From NCBI GenBank assembly GCA_905178155.1, contig CAJINV010000009.1:558001-622000 (forward strand): DNA of 64,000 nucleotides, in the 5' to 3' direction. Made by a program: the position numbers and the translations under genes. The notes beneath the pieces are model-generated. The model was not told where the DNA came from and searched no databases. It saw only the letters and a list, made by a program, of their open reading frames with translations. Shown here piece by piece: positions 52,389 through 60,700 of the stretch (positions are counted from its first letter, which is position 1; every line of letters begins with the position of its first letter). The DNA is from Amoebophrya sp. A120. Lineage: Eukaryota > Protista > Dinoflagellata.

Positions 52389-53458
52389 AGAACGAGATGC
52401 CGCTGTTCTACGTGCCGACTTCGTCCGTCACGTTCGTCCAGGATCCAAAAATCTCGTCCGCGCTCTACAAGCCAAAGAGCCCGACGATCGTGCAGGACAT
52501 GTCCGTCGGCCCCGAGGGGGCTGAGATTCGCCAAATCGACAACACCCTCTCCCTGCAGGCGAATGTCGGCTTGATCACCAAGGAAGGCTTCAATATCACT
52601 TTCGCGCTGAACGACAGCGCGACAGTGTTCAGTTTCATCACGACCGAGGACGAGTACACTAACTACAACCTAGACACTGTCTCGGATGCCACGTTGGCGA
52701 CGTACGTGACGAACACTTTTACCAATAGAACCCTGTCGCTGCAGTACAACAATTACCTGATCACGCCGCTGACGAACCGCAGCTCCTGCTACCACGGACC
52801 GTTGAAGTACGAGAAGACGCGGACTGGTCAGTTGGAATTCCTCAGTTTCAGCAACTGCGGTTTCGAGCAGGATCTGACGAAAACCTACCGCTTCTTTTTC
52901 TACGCGGTCGGCCCGAGTGGCGGGCTGGGGTCCTTCGTCCGCGGGGCGCCCTTGTCCATTGCGGAGCCGCCACTGGAGACCATTTCCGGCTTCGAGTCCA
53001 ACCCGGTGGTGATTGTGGCGAAGAAGGAGTTTGGGAACACCAACCGAGGGCTGTTGAGGGCGAACACAACCGACAAAGACTACGAATTCATCGGGTTCGA
53101 CGGGCTGTCCGCGTTCATGTCCGTTGCGGTTTCCGCGACCAAAGAGTACAAAGTGGTGTTCACCGTCTCCCGGACCATGCGGGCCTGGATCCACGTCGCG
53201 AGACGGGTGAAGCACGAGTTGCTCTACCTGAAGCACACGGACACTGTCGTGGAGGACATTTCCTTCGACGATTTGATCCGCGGGTACCGGCAGGCGGGCG
53301 GAACCCAGTGCCGGGTCGAGGAGGAGATCATTTACTACGGCAAGTCGGAATTCGATTTGAAGTGCGAGGAGCTGAATTTCGGGATCTACGAGGTCCGTGT
53401 CGCCGTGCAGGACATCGTGGACTTGGAGCGGCCGGGCAGGATTGCTTTCGCCGGGATC
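52389..53458 (+). CDS. Exon 16 of giant protein
   Basis: ORF 52337..53539. Confidence 0.85.
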
Positions 53459-53459
53459 A

Positions 53460-53646
53460 TATCCTGTGCAAAAGCATCGTACTCGTACGTAGTAATTGCA
53501 GTCATGATGCATGACAAAGTGTGTCGCACTTCTGTTTAGCGTGACAAATCTGGTTCCTTAGATTATTCAGCATTACAAATTCCATCTTTCCTTCTGGAAA
53601 AATTTGTAATGCTATTTCCACTAGTACGATACTTTTGCAATGGATA
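53460..53646. mobile_element. Introner/MITE-like intron, TIR family A
   Basis: TATCCTGTGCAAAAGCATCGTACT...AGTACGATACTTTTGCAATGGATA; perfect TSD GATCA. Confidence 0.92.
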
Positions 53647-53647
53647 G

Positions 53648-54149
53648 ATCATCTCGGTCCCCTACGAGGTGCCGACCATTGACACGGTGAATCTGCAGTA
53701 CAAGGACCAGTTCCTGTACCCGTTCTACGGCGTGCAGCACATCTACCAGATCCGGGCGGTGAACCGGTTAGGCGTCGGGGTGAATTCTATGCCGTCCGTG
53801 CCGATTCTGTCCGCCGGACCGCCGCCCCCGCCGTTTCTGCGGGTCGTGAACCGGACGTCGACGCAAATCGCCTTCGGCTGGGGCACGCCTTTTGACAACG
53901 GCGCGACGATCGCGGCCTACGCCGTGTACCGGGATAACATCCGGGTTTTCTTCGGCATGGAAAATGCGTACACCGATACCAATGTTCTTGGTGGTATCAC
54001 GTACAACTACCGCATTTCCGCCTGGAACGCGGCGGGGGAAGGCGAAAGGAGCAAGGAGTACGCGATTTCTTCCTGCCGATTACCGAACAAGCCCGCGGAC
54101 TACAAGATCCAACACGCGTACAGTGGGTTTCGCCTCACGTGGACCATGC
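53648..54149 (+). CDS. Exon 17 of giant protein (FN3)
   Basis: ORF 53669..54184; YNYRISAWNAAGEG; donor C|gtatgc. Confidence 0.85.
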
Positions 54150-54350
54150 GTATGCAGGGAAGGGTGCTGAGCTTGAGTGTTTAATACTCTGATTGTGTTT
54201 TTTTATCTGGGATCGAGTTCCAGTCCCAGTGTTTAGTTTAACACAGACATCATTCATCGGTGTTGTACCCGAGCCCAACTGGAGGGTTTTTCTGGGGAAC
54301 AACGGCGTGGGCAGCGCAGCTTCGCGCACTTTTTTCTTTTATTTTCATTT

Positions 54351-54395
54351 TTTTTGCCCGAATAGGTGTGTTTAGCAGAGCTATTCTGAGCACCC
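54351..54395 (+). promoter_or_regulatory. U6-type upstream element, array copy 1
   Basis: TTTTTGCCCGAATAGGTGTGTTTAGCAGAGCTATTCTGAGCACCC. Confidence 0.7.
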
Positions 54396-54420
54396 GGGTC
54401 CACGCTTGCGCACTTCAGCA

Positions 54421-54645
54421 GTGGCGCGGGTAGCACTGAGACCGACGGGTCGTGTGCAATCCTGTCATATGCGCACGCCCAAGAGGTGGTCCTGCGGGTG
54501 CGACGCTCTAGGGACTGATCATCCCAGTGAGAGCGACGCAGTGCGAGGAGCCGCCGACAGATCTCTGGCATCGGATGCGGCGATATGATGGCGACCCCCC
54601 AAAGACCAGAGATGCTCCGACAGTCCGCGCCCGGGCGCCCTTTTT
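54421..54645 (+). ncRNA. Unidentified structured RNA family, copy 1
   Basis: GGCGCGG/CCGCGCC closing stem, conserved internal blocks, T5 terminator. Confidence 0.75.
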
Positions 54646-54744
54646 GGTTCTTTCGGCGGACTTCGACAGCGGGGACAGAGAGATGGTTGACAGCCATTAA
54701 ACGCATTCGATTGCGTTTGTGGCTTTTTCGTTTTATTTTGCTGG

Positions 54745-54788
54745 TTTTGCCCGAATGGATGTGTTTAGCACAGCTATTCTGGCTACCC
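54745..54788 (+). promoter_or_regulatory. U6-type upstream element, array copy 2
   Basis: TTTTGCCCGAATGGATGTGTTTAGCACAGCTATTCTGGCTACCC. Confidence 0.72.
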
Positions 54789-54813
54789 AGTTCTGGGCTT
54801 GTGCAAATTGTCA

Positions 54814-55076
54814 ATAGCGTGGGTAGCGCAGATATCTGAGCACATCTGTCATATCCGCACGCCAAGCGGCGACCTCGACAGCCCAGATCAATGGACTTGT
54901 CTGAACGTCGGACTCAATCCGACCGGACACGAGGGGCTGCTGGTCCTGCGGGTGCGGTGCTTGAGGGATTCGCGACCCCGATGAGAGCGACGTGGTGCGA
55001 GGGGGCCGCCTCCAGATCTCTGACGGTCGGCGAACGGCCAGAGATGCCCCGACAGTCCGCGCCAGGGCCCTTTTTT
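54814..55076 (+). ncRNA. Unidentified structured RNA family, copy 2
   Basis: Same conserved blocks with a long variable insert; T6 terminator. Confidence 0.75.
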
Positions 55077-55321
55077 CTGTGTCTGGGCGTTTTCTGGGGG
55101 TGCTGAAATGTAGGATACAAGACCGAGCTGTGGTTGTGGACTTGCGTGTCGACTCTAATTGTGTTTTTTCATTTCTGGATCGCATTCCAGTGTTTAGTTT
55201 AGCACCGACATTGACATTCTGATTCTGGGTCGTGCCCACCCTGTGGGTTTTTGTTTTTTTGGGGACCAATGGCCTAGGCAGCGCAGCGTCCGTCGCGCAC
55301 ATTTTCCATTTATTTCCCTGC

Positions 55322-55366
55322 TTTTTGCCCGAATGCGTGTGTTTAGCAGAGCTATTCTGGCTACCC
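55322..55366 (+). promoter_or_regulatory. U6-type upstream element, array copy 3
   Basis: TTTTTGCCCGAATGCGTGTGTTTAGCAGAGCTATTCTGGCTACCC. Confidence 0.72.
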
Positions 55367-55391
55367 CGGTCTGCGCTTGCGCCGGTTGGCA

Positions 55392-55624
55392 ATGGCGCGG
55401 GTAGCATTAGAATGCAGTCCTGTCATGTGCGCACGCCAAACCTTCCTTTCTGCGCCTGCCGCAATCCTGATCCGAAACCGCACTTTCCCTGGTCCTGCGG
55501 GTGCGCCGCTTGAGGGATTGATCACCCTGATGATAGTGACGTAGTGCGAGGGGCCGCCGCAAGATCTCTGCGAGCGAGGTGACGACCTTCGAGCCAGAGA
55601 TGCCCCGACAGTCCGCGCCTTTTT
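55392..55624 (+). ncRNA. Unidentified structured RNA family, copy 3
   Basis: Same conserved blocks; T5 terminator. Confidence 0.75.
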
Positions 55625-55733
55625 GGTTTTATTTGGCGGCTCGCTGCGCCGGGGAGGGAAAAACGCCCGGCATCCCGTCCGCGCTTTTCTGTCAGATTTG
55701 TAACTCAGAACGTTTTTCGTTGTTCCTGCTCGA

Positions 55734-55758
55734 GGGTTTCGCCTCACGTGGACCATGC
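55734..55758 (+). repeat. 25-nt exact copy of the 3' end of exon 17 (54125-54149)
   Basis: GGGTTTCGCCTCACGTGGACCATGC at both places. Confidence 0.85.
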
Positions 55759-55831
55759 TTGGTTGCCTGCGTATGTGATGGAAATAAAGTAGGCTGAGGA
55801 GCTTGCTTTTGGTTTTTCATTTTTTTCAATG

Positions 55832-55880
55832 TTTTTGCCTGGTATGGAGTCAGTGTTTAGCTTAGGTATTCTGGCTACCC
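55832..55880 (+). promoter_or_regulatory. U6-type upstream element, array copy 4
   Basis: TTTTTGCCTGG..GTGTTTAGCTTAGGTATTCTGGCTACCC. Confidence 0.68.
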
Positions 55881-55905
55881 TATTTTAGGGATGTTCTCCT
55901 TGGCA

Positions 55906-56125
55906 CAGGCGCGGGTAGCACGAGTAGTTGTGCAGAACTGTCATAGCCGCACGTCGAGATCCCTCGTGCGAGCCACGAGGGTTCGGTCCTGCGGGTGCGA
56001 CGCTCGAGGGGTCACAGACCCCGATGAGGGCGATATAGTGCGAGGGGCCGCCGTCAGATCTCTGGTATGCCCACCTATGACCCCGGAGAGCTAGAGATGC
56101 CCCGACGGTCCGCGCCCGGGTTTTT
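55906..56125 (+). ncRNA. Unidentified structured RNA family, copy 4
   Basis: Same conserved blocks; textbook kink-turn CGCTC-GA-GGGGTC/GACCCC-GAT-GA-GGGCG; T5 terminator. Confidence 0.75.
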
Positions 56126-56366
56126 CTCGCTTCTGCACCGGGGTAGGGGACAGACGAGATTTCGGGCAGCCCGCGAGCGCTTTTCGTGTGTTTTGTTCGC
56201 TCAATCCGAGTGTCTTATTTTATCCTCTGTGGACTTAGACTGTGTCAAGGAATGCGCTAAGGTTACTGAAAACGCACGGACAGTAACGAAAAACGCTAGC
56301 GCGAGGAACAGGCACGGCGCGGGGATTGGTCTTTAGTTTGTCCACGTTTTTGCATTTATTTCTTCT

Positions 56367-56411
56367 TTTTTGCCCGAGAGCCTGTATTTAGCGGCGATAT
56401 TCTGGGTACCC
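56367..56411 (+). promoter_or_regulatory. U6-type upstream element, array copy 5
   Basis: TTTTTGCCCGAGAGCCTGTATTTAGCGGCGATATTCTGGGTACCC. Confidence 0.7.
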
Positions 56412-56436
56412 TGTTCGCGCCTTGCGCATCTAGGCA

Positions 56437-56669
56437 GAAGCGCGGGTAGCACAGAATGTTGTGCGAAACTGTCATGTCCGTGCGCCGATTGAGAGCCGGA
56501 TGCTACCTGCGTCCCCAGCATGGCCCGGCCCTGCGGGTGCTCACCAGAGGGACTAGCTATCCCGAAGACGGTGATGCAGCACGAAGGGAGGCTGTCGATA
56601 GCCGTATCACCTGCTTGGCAACGCAATTGCCACAGAGATCCCCGGACAGTCCGCGCGCGCGCGCATTTT
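56437..56669 (+). ncRNA. Unidentified structured RNA family, copy 5 (divergent)
   Basis: Compensatory changes CGTGC/GCACG and CACC/GGTG; T-run terminator. Confidence 0.7.
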
Positions 56670-56839
56670 GTTTTTGCTTGGCTGCATGGCAAGAAATTGA
56701 TAGCGACCCTGTTTCCGGCGCGCGCGATGTGTCTTCAGCTTGTTCTACAAGTACAGCTGGCCGCTCTTCTTATTCAAGCAAGGGGGCATCGTCATAGTGC
56801 CCGAGAGTGGTCCTTGCCCAGGAGCTGCAGAAACAACAA

Positions 56840-57079
56840 GGCGTGGGGATTTATTCGGTACCTCGCGGGGACAAGAGTCGAGCGAGAGTCCGGTCCTGCG
56901 GCGGCGACGCACGAGGGGTTCATTAAAACCCTGAGGACGGTGGCGCAGCAGGAGGGAAGGCCTTCGGCTTCGCCACTTTTCCAAACCACGGCTGCGCGAC
57001 CAATCACCCTGCCAGGCCAGCAGCGCTCGCTGCCTCAGAGATGAAGCTTCACAGTCCACCGCGCCCGCGCGCCCTTTTT
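56840..57079 (+). pseudogene. Degenerate copy 6 of the RNA family (plus an extra 3'-end fragment at ~57140-57179)
   Basis: Keeps GGTCCTGCG, the kink-turn hairpin, CAGAGATG, ACAGTCC and T5. Only a TGCCCGAGAG remnant of the upstream element remains. Confidence 0.55.
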
Positions 57080-57340
57080 CGCCCTTTGCGAATCTCGAGT
57101 GGGAAAGGAACTTTCCAGCTGTGTGGCAGGGACAAATGCCAGTGAGATCCCCGACAGCCCACGCTCGCGCGCGCTTTTTCGTGTTTGCGCGTTTTCTATT
57201 GTGACAGTGCGCTTCTGGTAGCTCGGGTGGCTTGGAGCACGGGCATAGCGTGGGACGGTCACGGTCCTCCGCATTTCTACAATTTTCATTCGCCCAGCTC
57301 TTTTCTTTCATGTGTGTTTTTCTCTGCAGAAGTGTTTTGA

Positions 57341-57385
57341 TTTTCCCCCGAAAGTGGGTATTTAGCAAAGATGATCTGACTACCT
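57341..57385 (+). promoter_or_regulatory. U6-type upstream element, array copy 7
   Basis: TTTTCCCCCGAAAGTGGGTATTTAGCAAAGATGATCTGACTACC. Confidence 0.62.
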
Positions 57386-57410
57386 AGACACGGGCTTGCC
57401 GCTCTGAGCA

Positions 57411-57636
57411 GTAGCACGCACGGGGAGCACACATACGTGTGCACTCCTGCCTTGAACGCACTGGATTCCCTCACTGTAAGTTGCGAATCGACGGACAGGG
57501 CGAGGCCCAGTCCTGTGGGTGCGACGCCTGAGGGTCTAATCAATCTGCTGACGGCGACGCAGCGTGAGGGGTCACGAAGAACTTGGAGACAGAAGTCAGC
57601 AAGGACTTCGAGACCCGGCGGCCCGTGCGCTTTTTT
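57411..57636 (+). ncRNA. Unidentified structured RNA family, copy 7 (most divergent intact copy)
   Basis: Covarying stems GCACGGG/CCCGTGC, CTGCC/GGCGG, GGGTC/GACCC and CGCC/GGCG; T6 terminator. Confidence 0.68.
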
Positions 57637-57788
57637 AGATTCGTGTCAACTTCGTTTGTCACCAAGGTGTGTCTGCTCTTGGGCTCTCGCCTTCTTAGGT
57701 TCAACCTCATGGCTGGCGCAGGTTGAGAAATTTGTTTCTCCACCTCGTCTTCAACAGAAGGCAACTCAGCACCATTTTCCTCGCATAC

Positions 57789-60700
57789 TCCCTCCGTCCA
57801 ACGCCTGCGAGATCATGTCCTTCAAGGTCTACCTCGATGGCACTGTGATCGACGAAATCAGTAGCCTGCGGTCCAAGCGCCCTCCCTTCTACTACGAAAT
57901 CTCCGCTGCGAAGAACAATCTTCTTATTGGTCAGAAGTACAACATCAGCCTGGCTTCCAGCTCCCAGGGTGGCGAAAACGCAGCTGCGTCGGAAGAGAGC
58001 TTTGTCGTCCCGCCGACCGTCGGGCAGAATGTGCTCGGTATTCACGAGCAAAGGCCGAATAGCATCGTGCTGGAGTTCTACTTGGAGGACGACGGCTACG
58101 CCAATTCCTACCCGAGCTACAGCACCGGGCTCGGAGAGTCGCAGCAACTGCCCTCGGAGCCGACAAACGTGACGCTGAACAAGATGGGGCACGCGACGAT
58201 CCACAGCTACGAGAAGATCGAGGAGACGCAACACCGGACGGTGTGGTACAACCAGGACAGAAACGAAAATTCGCTTGTCGCGAATCTGTACTACGAGAAG
58301 CGCTTCGTCGGCAGTCATAGCCTCGCGAAGGTGCCGAATCTGCAAATGAAAGAGACGGACTCGCACATCCATCATTCCTCCGTCGACGGGCCACGGATCC
58401 CCTTCGACGAACTTCCCCCCGCACCGCCAATGGACCCGCCGTTCGAGCGGTTCCCGCCCGTGCCGGAGTACCGGGCGTTGCGAAGACTGAGCTACCACAG
58501 TGGTTCGGGCTACGGATACAGCACACCGACACCGACTCCAACGCCGAGCTACTCCCCCTCCCCAGTCCCGGTTTCGAGCCCTTCGCCTGCCCCGGTGTAC
58601 AGCGCACCAACGCCCGTACCGACGACGACGGCCGTGAGCTCCTCCGGCAGTTCATCTAGTGGCTCCACCGGCGTAGCAACCACGGGGGGCTCTTCTGCGA
58701 GTAGGACCACCGTGCTCACTTCGTCGTCTGAGTTGGAAGCGCGCGCGCAAATGCAAACGGAGGACACGATGTACTCGGTGTTGCCGCCGGCGAGTGCCAG
58801 CTTGCGCCAGGTCGTTGCATCGACCGGCACAGCAGCTTCTGGAACTAGCGCGTCCGCTGATCAGCGGGAAACCCTTGGCAGTCTCCTCCCGGACTTCACC
58901 TTTCACGCTGTTGATGCCCGGGGAAGCTCCGTCGACTTCCGAACCCATTCGACTGTGGAAGAGGTGAGAGTTTCAGATGCGCTGGACTCGATTTCTCTGT
59001 TCATCGAAAACGAGCAAGTGCGCGAGAAGCACCTCGCCCGCGCGAAGCAGCGCTTCGCGTTGCAGGTGCAGAACTTGGATGTCAAGGGCCCGACGGACAA
59101 GCAAACCGAGATCAACAAAGTGCCCAAAAATCTGCAGTACGTGAACCCGCGGAAGGAGCTGAACGTGGCGCCAAACGTGTTCGCGAACGTGAACCAAACG
59201 GCCGTGTTCACCAATCCGAATTCGAAAACTTTGGAATCCCTAACCGAACTCCTCGACCCATCGCGCGTGTACAAGTCCGCGATCGTCCCGGACAGCACTG
59301 TTTCCCCGGTTGCTGTGTCGGGTTTGAAAACCATCGACACGCTGGGCAACTACTTCAACCCCGAGGGCATTGAGCAGTTCCAGTCCATCGGCAGGCTGAA
59401 GCAGCGGGGCAAGTCGCAGGCGAATCACCCGTCGGGGTTGAGCTACCGGAAGGACACGATCTTGGAGGACAGTTTGGAGACTGTGAAACTGAACGAAGAC
59501 CCAGACGAGTTCTTCACGGAGGGGATCAATCCCTTCGCCAGGTCGCAGTTGGTGAAAATGGGCCTCTTGTCTCACGCGCTAACGAACGACGGGCACCCGG
59601 CCGACACGTTTTTCGACGGCGATAAATCTCGAGTAGCTTCTGTCCGACCGTCGAAGGTGCTCACCCCGAAGCCGGCGACGTCTCGCGTCCCCGACCGGAG
59701 GATAATCCGGGTCAGGATGGAGATTTTGGATTTGGAGTACAAGCAGAAATACTGCTTCAAAGTGTTTGGCAAGAACCCCAAAATCCCGAATGACGCCCTG
59801 CACTCCCCCGAGATCTGCGCAGTCTCCGCCCCGGCCCCGGAATTAACCTACGTCGACCTAGTCGCGAACGAGGAGGGCCAGACGCGGGCGAACCAGTTCC
59901 GCGTGAAATTCCCGCCGGCGAACGGGGACGACGTGATTGGCTACGAGGTGCAGGCACTGTACAGGTCGGGACCAAGGAACTTGATCGACAACAGTGTGCA
60001 GCAAGAGAATCTCCTGAAGAAAATCTCCCGGGTCGTCCCCTCGGAAAAAACTCGCGACATTCCGCTCTCCTGCGACTACATGCAGGACGTGTACGAGAAG
60101 GTTTCCGTCCGCGGGATTTCTTCCACGACCGGGTACGGCCGCCCGCAGGTGTTTCGAAATGTTTCCTGCACTTTGAAACCGGAGGTGTACCCGCCGCGGA
60201 TCCGGCATACGAAGCTGATCAAGAACAACGGGGAACAACCCTACTGCCAGCTCACCGTCGACTTTGCGCCGGCCAAGGGAGACGGGAACGCGGTCTACGA
60301 GTACAGTTTGTATTTGAGACCGTCAGGGACGATCGAGCCGTTCAGGTTAGTTGGGATGGCGACACGGAAGCCGGATTACGACCAAGTGAAGGCCATCATG
60401 CTCGCGGCGGCGAACGAGAAAAACACGGTGTTGCTGCCGGATTTGGACTACGTGAGAGACATGCTGGCGAAAGCGCAGGAGTCGGAAGCACAAGGGTCTT
60501 CTCGCAACATCTCTCAACCGATCGACTACGAATACAGAAAAGCGGAAACTTACGGCCCGTACAAGTACAATTTCACGACGGGAAAAGCCGGGCTGATTAT
60601 CCCGCGGCTTTTACCGAACGACACGCGCGAGTACTGGTACCAGTTTGTCAGCTCGTACTTGGACAAGTCCGGCCAGGTCGGGGCAAATTACGGCGGATCG

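Larger units (their letters stand above)
54150..57788 (+). other. 3.6-kb intron (predicted GT-AC) hosting the ncRNA array
   Basis: ATG C|gtatgc...gcatac|TC CCT joins an FN3 domain in frame (RLTWTM-LPPSNACEIMSFKVYLDG). Confidence 0.65.

Noticed and set aside
20860-53646. Model in which introners have TA TSDs (Tc1/mariner-like) and splice to leave TA|TA
   Set aside because: It creates in-frame TAG stops at 38495 and 53645 and ignores the perfect 5-bp duplications outside the TA.
54421-57636. Array RNA as telomerase RNA (hairpin followed by CTGTCA, like the ciliate template boundary) or as antisense to the introner ATGACA motif
   Set aside because: No telomeric template follows. CTGTC pairs internally with GACAG and covaries to CTGCC/GGCGG in copy 7. 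By eye the variable segments do not match the introner TIRs in this window.
57437-57788. N-terminal ~117 aa of ORF 57437..63910
   Set aside because: It overlaps RNA copy 7 and the intron tail; FN3 continuity with exon 17 begins only at 57789.
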